This document shows positions 1 to 18,100 of a DNA stretch of 64,000 nucleotides, one piece after another. Position numbers and translations under genes: made by a program. The notes beneath the pieces were generated by a model, which saw only the letters and a list, made by a program, of their open reading frames with translations, searched no databases and was not told the DNA's origin. The number at the start of each line of letters is the position of its first letter. Positions within the stretch are counted from its first letter, which is position 1. Where the stretch lies: the NCBI GenBank assembly GCA_030141605.1, contig JAQGDQ010000198.1, positions 310,001 to 374,000 of the forward strand, given 5' to 3'. Source of the DNA: Tubiluchus corallicola. Its lineage: Eukaryota > Animalia > Priapulida.

Positions 1-568
1 TGTGTTTTTGTGGTAATAATTTTTTCACGTAAGTAATTTTAGAAAAAATAGTTTGTTTCCTTTCAATAGTTTAAAGAGTAGATTGCTTTGACCTTCAGTT
101 TAAGATTTTGCAAACCCGGTCTGATTTTGCTTTAAATATCAAAATCATGATTCCAGGTAACATGCAGGATGTTTACAGGAATATGAAATTTAATTTTCTG
201 GCCTCACAGTAACGTTCCACTAACGCATTCTTCAACTTTTAAGTTAGAAACTCGTTTAGCATTGGGAAAATCAGATTTGGTCTGAAATCGATAATCCAGC
301 TTAAATATTTAGACGGATTATAATATGGGTAAGAATAAACAGAACTAATTATTACTAAATGAGAAACAAACGAGTGAGGCAGTATGTTCTAGTAAACAAA
401 CACCTATGTTGTAGTAAGCAAGTAAACAAACAACTTTGTTTGTTTCAGCCTTGAGATAGTGTTTATAACTACGTTTTGCGCAACAAGATGTGTACTTTTA
501 TTATATATTTCCTTTTATATTTTATGATAATTCGTTTTACTGTCAATTTCAGGTAACAAAGTGCAACC

Positions 569-5505
<4,937 letters not shown>

Positions 5506-7197
5506 GAAGTTGAAAATATTCGGAGCTACATTAACCGATGCTGACACACGAATAGAAAAACCATTTTCAAAATTTTTAGCGAAAGTAGCATTAATAATAT
5601 TAGCTGCATCAGATAGCGTCGTGTATTTGATGAGAACAGTGACGTCAGGATATCAACTTCAGCTATTCTTCCCTCTGTATGGAGATAAGATGAGTTTTGA
5701 TAGGATTAAAACAACACCATCAAAATCAAAAATTAATAACACACGTTTGAGTTGAAGTATTGGTCGAGGGACTCGCAGGGTTCCAGATGGTGGATTAGAA
5801 ATGACATCATTGTTGCCATCTTGAATCAGAAATCATAGATCGACAATCCGATTTTGGCAGTTGATGCGGAATTATTTCTAGTATGAGTTAACGGAGCCTA
5901 AGACTTTTCTCAAAAAAATGTTGTAGCCGCCATCTTGAATTAAAAATGGCGACCGAAAATCCGACTCATCAGCCTATGCGGAATTTGTTGTACTTATATC
6001 CCGCGAAGTTTCAAAACGATTCATAGCAAATTCACTAAACCTCAGGCTTTTTTCAAAAAGATCATCCGCAGGAAGAACAACAAGAACAACATCCAGATAA
6101 GTAGCGATTTGGGTCGAACTCTTGACCAAAAATATATGCCCTTTATGTTAAAATTACAAAATGTCAATGATAACTGTGTAATGTTAATGTGTATCATAAT
6201 TTTACCTTTTTATTTGCATGTTTACATTTTTGTGGCATTGAACAAGCATATTACTGTTTATAAATAGCATATTTGGAATTTTTGGTAAAGTTGATTTAAG
6301 ATTATTAAATATATTAATTGCAACTTGTCACTAAGTAAATTAACAAGCAAATACATATAGTTTAGCAATTTAGTAACTATACTTAGATAAATAGAATTTA
6401 CAACTAGGTAGATGTGTATGTATGTACATGAGAAAAAATCTCATATTGTGCACGTATAGGACCAATGTACGTAAGTCACACTGGAATACCTGTGAGTTGA
6501 ATACATTGTTGTTAATAAAAATGATTTGAATAAATCGTAAAACACAAATGTCAGATTGCATATTTAAAAAAACCTGTAAAAATTGCATTTAGTTACTAAT
6601 GCCAGATCAGTTTTTACTTAAAACTGCTATTCTCGAGGAGTTTGATAATAGATCATTAAATCTCACTCTTAACACTGCAATCATAGGCAATAATATCAAC
6701 CAATTTTTTAAAATTATGCGATAATCAATGTAATAATTGAAGTGTGTAACAAAGTTGAACTGAATTGACTTCGTTAACTAGATTTTCACAACATAGATAA
6801 TATTGTACTTATTGTTTAATTCTGTAATGATTGTTTGTGAAAGTCTTCAGTTTCTGACCACATCATAAACACTGTCAACTAGTTGCCGTTTCTTCTTTCC
6901 TCTTAGGAAGTTACTGAGAACGTGTTTGGATAGGATACGTGATGAAGACAAAAAACATTTCTGTCCCGTGTGTTTGCAGCCAATATTTCAAATCTAAATC
7001 TACTGCGACAGTAAATCCAAAATTTCTGCACCTTTGATGCCGCTTTTATGCAAATAAATTTTATCAAATGCTTTAAAAATTAATTTTATTAGTAGGTAAA
7101 TAGATTAAATAAACTACTGCCACACTGTTGTGTTGTTTTTAGCCCGAGACTAGACACGATAAATCAAAACCTGGAATTAAAGAAAAAAACAATGGTC

Positions 7198-7576
7198 AAT
7201 AAGCCTTTTCACAATTCCAGCGATTGATCATCGTGAAAAGGTCAAAGGTTAAGTGTGCCAAACAACGCATTTGCGTACACTTGACAACACCTCGCAGCCC
7301 ATTCTATTGTAATAGCGACAGCTTTAACAGTTAGCTAGAACCTTACCTAGTTCATTTTTTATTCTTCCCAAAAACAAGATCCTGCTAGTAAATCACTCTA
7401 TGCACAGACTAATGCATAATTAAGTAAAGGCCAGGTAAAACAACTGAAGAATACTGAACTGAGGCTTTGCTTTACCCACACGTCAAGTGACGGTTGTAGT
7501 TAAGACGACTTGCTGTGATACACTTAACCTTTGACCTATAGCAACTGTGCACAACGAAACTATGAAAAGGATTATT
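7198..7576. mobile_element. MITE family A copy
   Basis: Similar along its length to 833-1194, with the same termini. Confidence 0.75.
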
Positions 7577-7882
7577 GACAATGTTATAAAGTTGTGCAGG
7601 GATGCACATTGAACGTCGTCATTAAATTTTATTTATTAGTATTCCATAGCATTTACAACTTAATATTTCTTGCAAAACACAGAACTATAAATAAAATGTG
7701 TTCATAAAACAGCAGAAAATCTCAAATGTTACTCGGCATATAAAACCAATGATCGCACTGATAGAAGAATAACTTGTTATGTAATTAAGAAATTGCTCTA
7801 TAGCATGTTTGAACCTGCTGAAACGACAATGAAAAAGAACGTGAATTTTTTAAGTAAGTGGTCCTTGCAATGACAAAAACAG

Positions 7883-10800
7883 CTAAATAATCAAGACATA
7901 AAACGTCCAATAAGTTAAATTGAAAAACAGAAACAAAGACGGAAATGCAAATCGAGCAACAACGTCAATCCTCTTAGCACGAGATATAGATGGCGCTTTC
8001 TTCGTTTTCTTGAGGGATGAGCGTATTGAGCGCTGGGATGTCGCTTGGCGGCGCTGTGTGATTACACCCACACCATTTTCTACCCATTTCCTCTTAGCAG
8101 GAAGAGGTTCATCTCCAAGGATTTTTGTTTCCACGAGCATATTATCCTGCAGAAAACAAATTTGCACATGTAACACGTGTAGCAGTCACGTAGATAGACA
8201 AAGCGTTTTCAAAAGTAAAAAACTTTATTATTAATGGTTTAAATATTGTACCAGCTACATGAGATTCACTATCTTTAAATATATCTTGTATCACTCAAAC
8301 GTTAAATTTAAAAAATTATATTTAAACTTAAATTTAGAAAATTCTAATGGCCATCAATTTTACCTGGTCTTCTGTTTTTAACTTGGCTTCACTGGAAGGA
8401 GTACCCTGATAATAACAAACACAAGCGTATTCTATGAATCTTCAATTTGACCTGGTCATCTGTTTTTAACTTGGCTTCACTGGAAGGAGCACCCTGATAG
8501 TAGCAAACACAAGCATATTCTATGAATCTTCAATTTTACCTGGTCATCTGTTTTCAACTTGGCTTCACTGGAAGGAGCACCCTGATAGTAACAAACACAG
8601 GCGTATTCTAAGAATCTTCAATTTTACCTGGTCATCTGTTTTAATATGGCTTCACTGGAAGGAGTACTGATATAGTAACAAACACAAGCATATTCTATGA
8701 ATCTTAAATTTTACCTGGTCACCTGTTTTTAACTTGGTTTCACTGGAGGGACTACTGATATAGTAACAAACACAAGCATATTCTAAGAATCTTCAATTTT
8801 ACCTGGCCACCTGTTTTTAACATGGCTTCACTGGAAGGAGCACCCTGATAGTAACAAACACAGGCGTATTCTATGACTCTTCAATTTTACCTGGTCATCT
8901 GTTTTTAACATGGCTTCACTAGAAGGAGCACCCTGATAGTAGCAAACACAGGCGTATTCTATGAATCTTCAATTTTACCTGGTCATCTGTTTTTAACATG
9001 GCTTCACTGGAAGGACTACTGATATAATAACAAACACAAGCATATTCTATGAATCTTCAATTTTACCTGGTCATCTGTTTTTAACATGGCTTCACTGGAA
9101 GGACTACTGATATAGTAACAAACACACACGTATTCTAAGAATCTTCAATTTTACCTGGTAATCTGTTTTTAACTTGGCTTCATTGGAAGGACTACTGATA
9201 TAATAACAAACACAAGCATATTCTATGAATCTTCAATTTTACCTGGTCATCTGTTGTAACATGGCTTCACTGGAAGGAGCAACCTGATAGTAGCAAACAC
9301 AAGCATATTCTATGAATCTTCAATTTTACCTGGTCATCTGTTTTTAACTTGGCTTCACTAGAAGGAGCACCCTGATAGTAGCAAACACAAGCATATTCTA
9401 TGAATGCAGCAAACACGAACGTAGCACAAGTTCCTGTCCAGACATCAATAGCCTTTGCATAAGAGACAATAGGAAGATCTTTTCCCACAGTAGATGACTA
9501 AAAAACAATGGCAGTCAAGTAGATAAAGTTATAATGGCATCAACTGTTGGAGAAGCTATCAGTGTGTTGGGAGTAAGTGAAACTACAGTATAGTGACAAC
9601 AAACATTGTTATCAATGTATTGACACTAAGTAAAGTAACAGCGCATTGACTACAATGAATTTAAGTTAATAGTGTACTGACGATAAGTAAAGATAGTACA
9701 GTCACTGTAAGCGAGGTTGCTAGTGTAGTAACAGTAAGCAAAGTCATCAGTGTACGGACTTTAAGCAAAGTTATCAGTGTACTGGTTGTAAGTGACGTTA
9801 AAATGTGGAGACAACAAACAAGGTTATCAGTGTATAGACTGAAGGCAAAGTTACTGACTGTTAGTGAAGTTATCTGTGTACCGACTTTAAAAAAAGTTAT
9901 TAGTGTATTGACTGTAAACAAAGTTATCAGCGTACAGACTGTAAGCAAAGCTACCAGTGGGTTGACTGTAAGCAAAGTTATAAGTGTGTTGGCTATAGGC
10001 AAAATTATCAGTATATTAACTGTAAGCAAAGTTATCATTGTATTAACTGTAAGCAAAGTTATCATTGTATTAACTGAAAGCAAAGGTACCAGTGTATTAA
10101 CTGTAAGCAAAGTTACCAGTGTATTGACTGTAAGTGAAATCACCAGTGTATTGATTGTAAGCAAACTTATAAATGTATTGACTATAAGCAAAATTATCAC
10201 AGTGTATTAACTGTAAGCAAAGTTATCATTGTATTAACTGAAAGCAAAGGTACCAGTGTATTGACTGTAAGCAAAGTTACCAGTGTATTGATTGTAAGCA
10301 AAGTTACCAGTGTATTGACTGTAAGCAAAGTTACCAATGTATTGATTGTAAGCAAAGTTACCAGTGTATTGACTGTAAGCAAAGTTACCCGTGTACTGAC
10401 TGTAAGCAAAGTTACCAGTGTATTGACTGTAAGCAAAGTTACCAATGTATTGACTGTAAGCAAAGTTACCAATGTACTGACTGTAAGCAAAGTTACCAGT
10501 GTATTGATTGTAAGCAAAGTTACCAGTGTATTGACTGTGTATTGACTGTAAGCAAAGTTACCAATGTACTGACTGTAAGCAAAGTTACCAGTGTATTGAT
10601 TGTAAGCAAAATTACCAGTGTATTGACTGTAAGCAAAGTTACCAATGTATTGACTGTAAGCAAAGTTACCAATGTACCGACTGTAAGCAAAGTTACCACA
10701 GTGTATTGACTGTAAGCAAAGTTACCAGTGTACTAACTGTAAGCAAAGTTACCAGTGTATTGACTGTTAGCAAAGTTGTTATTCCTAGTGATACTCTGCC

Positions 10801-12994
10801 CACTACAGCATCAGCGTCCAACCAGAATGAAACCCAAGAAGTCATCACTAGAATCATCATTGGAATGTAGCTCTGTATTAAATGATACCCAATTTCTCTT
10901 CGAAATGACAGCATCAGTACAAGATTGCTAAAATTTCCTGAAACATAACACAGACAAAATTATTATTACTTAATCTTGATGTCTTTTTTGCCGGTAGATG
11001 GTGCCACTTATTTTTTCATGTGCCTTGTTCAGTGTTTACAGCAATAATTTCTATTGAATTATATCTGAAATAACAGAAACTACTAAAACTATATAAACTA
11101 GCTAGGTGGGTGGAAATTTTTAATGTAACAGACCTATGAAATTTAAGTTACGATTTATCTTAATACTATATAACTATAATATATAATATTATAATAATAA
11201 TATAATACTATATATAATACTTAATAACAGTGGCATAGCTAGAACTTTTGGCACACCTGAATTCGAAACCGCATGCTTGAGTTTGAACCCCCAGCTGAAA
11301 ATGTTTATGTAGGAAAATTATCTAAATAGAACTGCAACGGCAGCAGTGTCATAAAAACCAACACGTTTCTATTGTTAGCAATACACACATGTTTAAAGGA
11401 ATACAGGATGAAATTCCATATGCTACCCCGTTTTCAATCACAATAAAAAGTATGCATTTTAACACAATTAATTCTGCAAAAGCGTTTCTGATAATTAAAT
11501 AATAGATTAAAACTTAGTTAACGGCGGGCGAGCCCAACTATTGACGACGTCACAAACTAACATAATTTTCACCAGCAAAAATATCCCGCGAGGGTGTTAC
11601 ACGTGTTTACTAAAGAGAAAATTGAAGTACAGTGCTACTCAAGAGATTCAGTGTGTTGTACTAAAACTAGGCAAATATTTCAAAAACTCATGATGAGCTG
11701 CTGAACGTGTGAAGTTCGTCACAAACTGAGAGGTACAGCACCTATTTTTGTGCAATTCGTTTTCGAAATGCAGGCTCTAGTGCCCGTCTAACTAGCGAAG
11801 GGCGAAGTGCGTGTAACAGCGAAGAATTAGTGGCGCGAACACGAAATTGTGTTTGTGTAGTAATAATTCTTTGACGTAAGTCATTTTTGAAAAAATAGTG
11901 TTTCCTTTCAATATTTTAACGAGCAGATTGTTTTGACCTACAGTTTAAAAGGGGCCCGGTTTTGCTAAGTTTTATGTAAATAATGTGTGATAAGGTTGCT
12001 GTTACAATGGTGCTTATAAATGTATTTTACAGTTAACTCAAAACGTGTACTGAGCTGAAAACAAAGACAAACTATGTTGCAAATATTACAACGATATTAA
12101 ATTACTAGTTATTATTTTCACAATCGGTGTAAGCAGCATATTCGCTGAAATTTAAATTTTTGTGTTTTGCTTTCTGCCCTTCTGACAGGATAAACCTTTT
12201 CTGTCCACTTGATGCCGCTCTCTGAAAAGTGCCACCCCGGGGCAGACTAACCCCCTAAGCACGCCACTGCTTAAGACGATGTCATTTTACAAAAATTATC
12301 AACTACAGTAAACCATGTATAATACGAACAGCTCGGGACACAAAATTGTCCGATTTAAGCGAAAGTTAGACAGTATTCGTAAGAAAACCAGATTGAGTCA
12401 TCAACGTCGGACAATACACTAGTAACAGCTCAACCAGTGAAAATGACAAACTCAGCATTTAATCAAATATCAAACAACAATTTTTATGAATAATCAAAAA
12501 CAAAATGTCTTGTCCACCTCTATTGTACTCTGAGTAGCATGGTTAATAGAATTCGGCAAGAATAATATTGTTATCTACATTAAACCACTTTCGTTAAGCC
12601 ATGCTGTGTGCAGCGTTCTACTGAGATAATAAAAAAATTAACATTTTTCCGGAAATTAGCAGTTAGAATCGTATCGTGTTGCACTCTTTCAAGTAGAATT
12701 TCTTGCTTGGCAGGCCTATTTGAGATAGGTGAGGTATTCAGATTCTTAAGAATTGTACCGGGAATTCGGTTCGAGTTGAGCAATAATTCGAGTTACAGAT
12801 TTTGTTTGTTTGTTATACAGAAAACGAAATGGAAAGTCCGCTTCATGAGATCTGTTCAAGATGCGCAATAATTCCAGTTATACGTAGTTTACTTCAGCTA
12901 TATGAGTCGCTCACGAAGTTGAAATCCCTAATTCAGGATTAGTAATAGTAATCTTCATCATCGTCGTCGTCGTCCCTCGTTATCATCATCATCA

Positions 12995-13030
<36 letters not shown>

Positions 13031-15028
13031 TCATCATGTTAATGTTTATTAAAATCTGGTGGTGATGATCAGTGACCGATTAAACATTAGGGTCATAAGG
13101 CAGTAGGACCTCAATTTTGTTGCCCTGAGACTTAATAAATACTATTTAGTAAACAGGATAAGAAATTTATTAAAACTGAATTTGCTAAAGACAAATATAT
13201 TAAATTCAGCTGTTAAATCCATTGAATATATGTATATAGGGTGTCCAAAAAAGTGTTCTCTAAATTGACTTGAAATTTTCATCCTGGTAGAGAAAATTGC
13301 AAAAGAAACCGACACTGATGTATAACCCGGTTTTTCCTCTTTTAAAAGACCTATAAATTTTTTTCAAGAGGTTCCCCAAATGAGCAAAAATGGCTTTTTT
13401 GAGATGCCGTCGTAAAAATGTTTTAGTGGCGCTTGGTTGAGATCTCGGAGAGAAATTTGTAACTCTTTAGAAAGAGGAGAACCCAGGATACACGAAGATG
13501 TGAGTTTCTCCTATAATTTGGGACTTGAGGCCCTTCGTTTGTCAGGCCCGTGAAATATTTAATCCAGCCCTGGTGATGAGGAAAAAGTACAGAGACGCCC
13601 TAAACACTGTTGCACTTACCAGTTAAGTGTGTTACAAAAGAAGTACTGACGGCTATTCCTTCGAAGTTGAACTGTGGAAGATTTACTTTTTCTTCTATTG
13701 CAAATGGCTCATCAGCCCAGGACAACACTTGTTCTTCCACAGTCAAACCATCTGAAGGCAAAAAATTTAAGGAAAACTAGTGGAATTAATAACAAAAAAG
13801 TAGGAACAGCAAAAGCTGTAACAGCAGCAAGGAAAGTAAATATAAATAATGACCAAAAGAAAACAGTGAAGACTGCAACAGAAATGTTATGGGAGAGGCA
13901 GGTTTATGTTATTTACAATGTAAAATTGCTCATGCATTTAACCAGATGGTATAGTCTAATAGATAACGCGTTTGTTTTCTGTCTGAGAGGTTGTGCGTTC
14001 AACACCTGGGTAAGTATTATCAAATTACGACAAAAAGCTGTTGGATGTGTGATGGATAAAAACATCCATATTTTACAAAAACAAAATAAACAAGCAAAAG
14101 CAATCAAAGAAAACTTGTAGCTCACTTTATTTTTGTATGTAGCGTTAAAATGACTAATAATAAAATATTTAGGTAAGTTTTCCCAAAAAAGTGTTTCCCA
14201 GGAAACTTTTTAACAGGAAAACAAATTCCCAAAAAACATTTTTCACATAAAACTTTCTTCCCAGAACATATTTTTCCTAAACAAAACTTGTCTGATAAAA
14301 AAAAGTATTTGTTGCGTTTTTAGTTGCAAGATCTGCTATTACAGTAGGAAAAAGTCTATCGTTTTTTCAAAGCATAATGTTGATAAATAAGTTATAGACC
14401 TAGTTCTGTTTTAGACGTCAGTCTTGTTTTAATTTTTTTGAAAAAAAGTTTTGTTTTGCAACAAACTTTAGCGTTAAATTAGATCAATTTGCCATATAAC
14501 CACCTCCAATTTAATTGATTTTCAAAGGTTTCGAAATAAACAATCTAGAAAATAAAAACACTGAGCCTTATGTTGGAGTCTAAATTTGTCCAATAAATTA
14601 TGCTTCTTCACAAGATTTTTTACAGGTTCTTTTATGGCAGGACCGGATCCTATTTCATTTTCAAAATAATCCACTGAGATGAAATATTGAACAGGCAGAG
14701 GTGTCACAGTCACAGTCGGATGCATGTACATCCTCCCTAAATCAGTGAAATAATTCGTCATAGCAGTGAAAGGAACTGTCCCCAAAGTGAGATTCCATAA
14801 GCAGTCACCTAACTAATCAGTTGCCAGTCTCGACATTGCTTCACTTCGGTAGCCATTCACACGCCTTACTATCGCGTATATGCAAAGATCAACACGATTC
14901 GATGATGTTACAAACTTATTTTCTTGCACCAAGGAGTTGACCAAATTTTTTTATCATATAATCGTATTAATCACTACACATAGTTGAAATAAACTACCTC
15001 CGCATCGTCTAGCTCCACATTAAAAAGG

Positions 15029-15121
<93 letters not shown>

Positions 15122-15143
15122 CATCATCATCATTATTATTATG

Positions 15144-15192
<49 letters not shown>

Positions 15193-18100
15193 GTTTATTT
15201 CGTATAAAATATACAGTTTACAAATATAAAGATGTTAGTAAAACAGGTAATGCGATGTTAGTAAAGTAACATATCTACAGACATTCAACTTTATAATAAC
15301 CACACGTTGTAGTTCCCTTGTAATTTTATTACATTGTACAGTGTTGTAAGGAGCTATAATAGATATTTTAAAACATAATCTTTAAATGAGTTCTTAACCC
15401 TTAATTTTGCATTTTCGTTTAGATCTACAGTACAACCATATTTAAATCTTAAATTTACTTGACTGTTATTTACATAGTAGTATAGCTTTGGAATTCTCAA
15501 TGTGCAAGAGTTTACAATTTTTCTCACTAAGTTTAATTTTCGACTATCTATTAAATAATTCGCAGGCATTAGGCATTATGCCACAAAAATACATTAACAA
15601 TTTGACAATTATATTTTCTGTGAATTTAATTTTCTGGGAAAAGGCTGTTCTGGGAAATATCTTTTCTAAGAAATTTTTTCTGGGAAGTAAAAGTATCCTG
15701 CTTCACATGCTTTTTTGTCAGCAAAAAACTTTTCTGGGACAAGCTCTTCTGGGAAACGAGTCTACCCCATAATAACAATGCGAGCAGTTTCGTAGATCTA
15801 TGTAAATTCGGGTTTAAAAACAATTATGTACTATAAATACTTACAACTCTGAAGCTCGAGCGGGCATGTCTGGTTGTCTAAAGGGTACTTTACTAACCAC
15901 ATTTGACACCCAAGCACAAGAGTCAACCTAAAATGAAAGAATATTGCTTTAAAGGAAAGGCAACGTGCCTTTTGAAAAGTTGGGCTTATTTAAGTGTTCG
16001 GGTAAAATGTTAGAGATATTTAGTAATAAAAGTGTGATAACAGCCTCGAGTATCACTTTAAAGTCGCGATCTTTTCATACTTGGGTGTCACCATTTTCAA
16101 CGTTCTTCCTTCTAAGAATGACGTCTTTAATCGATTGAAGAAAAACAGTGCAATGACAATTTCCGTCTAAAGTACAAGTATAAGTATAATATATTTGCAT
16201 GAACATTAGCTAAGCAGCAGAAGTTTGAATTAATGTAAGCAGAGCACGCTTACATAAAGCAACGATTAGCTTACAAAAACTCCATGAATTTACGAAGTCC
16301 ACCAGTTACGTCATAATTTTCATGCGCTTTGTGGCTACGACAGCGCCTGACAAAAATTTCTTTCTGCGGCAGTATAAATTAGCATTATGCTTTATAAAGG
16401 ATTTTTGCAAGTTTCTTTTTCAAGTTCATGTGATAACAGTAAAATAAAAGCAACATGAGAACTAACTTGCCTGTACATTAAGACTGTTTTGATTTGCCCA
16501 ATTTTTTACAACTTTATGACAGCAGCGCAGTGGTAGAGGCACTAAACTTTCAAAACAATGCTTGGTTAATTTTTTATAAATTCTTGGAACCAATATTTTT
16601 AACACTATTGAGTTTATTCTACAAACCTACTATGCATGCCATCTAGGGAACAAATTTAAATATAAACGCAAAACATTTAAACTCGAAGATAAAACTCTCA
16701 ATCTGACTAATAACTCATTAAGGTGATTTGGTTAATAAGGTCCCAAGTCAATAATCATTACAACCTAGTGTCGGTATGATAAATAATTTACACTAGAAAG
16801 ATGCTAATCTCGGGGGATTATTGGACATGCCGCATTACGTAACGACCTGGTAAGCTAATCAAGGTTATGCTCTTATTAATATTGTGCCTCTAATTAAGTT
16901 GCACCACGCTTGGGTTTGCCCAAGTAGCCGATGTACTTATTATATTTTCTTCGCACATCCGCAACGTCCGCGGAGTGGTTTACATTTCGAGTTGTTATAA
17001 GTATGCGTATAATTAAGAAAAACTAATGATCCGCAAATCCGCACTCCAGGAGTGGGTTCATGTTTTGCGGCCGTATCCGCGTCGTATATTTAAAAAAAAT
17101 TCGGATCCGCAAATCAAAGACTAAGCTTTGCGAAGTTCTGGTAAAGAACTATATGACACTAGTGAACGCATGTGATATCACATCTGTCTTACTTAATGAG
17201 AAGTAAAACGAGATGGAATTAAAAAAGGGCAGCGTATTACAATTCTTAAAGCTGCACTTACTCCAATGTCCGAGAGAATGTGAAATTTTAAACGTATTAA
17301 GCACCAATGTAGAATCCAAATAAATAAACAGACCTGTACTGAATAACAACAATTGTGCACAAAAATGTACGGTGTACGTTATTTGTGAGTAATAAATAAT
17401 TACGTATAATTTATTCAGTCCCAAAATTATTTCTACTCTCACAAAATTGTTCTATTGATTAGTTTCACAATTGTTCTATTGATTGTTCTACAACAACACC
17501 TGGAAATACTGAAGAAGCTGAGGAATGGAAATTTAAGAAGAGAATTAAAACCTCTCCATTCAGGCTTGTTTCAGTTCTTCCATGTTTGATTTTACTTTAT
17601 TTTGGCTTTGAAAAACATTAATTTCTGAAAATTATGAGTCCTGGTTTTGTTTCACTGAAATGTGTTGAGTTTGATTTCTTTAAGTTTTTAAACTTTATCG
17701 TCATTAAATCCACTAAGTTTGGTCATTTGACAATGTCTTCAACCCACTAGACAACCAGCGAAACCATTCATTACGCTTTCTTAGCAATTAGGGGTGAACA
17801 TTCTCTCTCTATTACAAGGCGAATTCAAACCGAATGAAATTTTTGACATTCAAACTCGGCTCATGTAGTATTTAGACGTTCGAAATATCATGCAGTCAGC
17901 CAGCAAGTTTAGCTGCAATTTCAATTGCAGTTCGAATTCAATTTTACAGATTTTCAAAAATTTTTCGAAATATTAACAAAGGCAATATGGCAGAGGTCAT
18001 GCGTATTGATTTTGTTTAGCAATAAAAACACTGATAATTTGTTTAAACAATGGGCATAGAAATTGCAGCTAAACTTGCAGGCTGACTGCATGATATTTCA

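Noticed and set aside
9661-10545. Long TLLTVNTLV and TVSKVTSVL repeat ORFs as separate genes
   Set aside because: They are the 27-bp intronic array read on either strand, with no independent start context.
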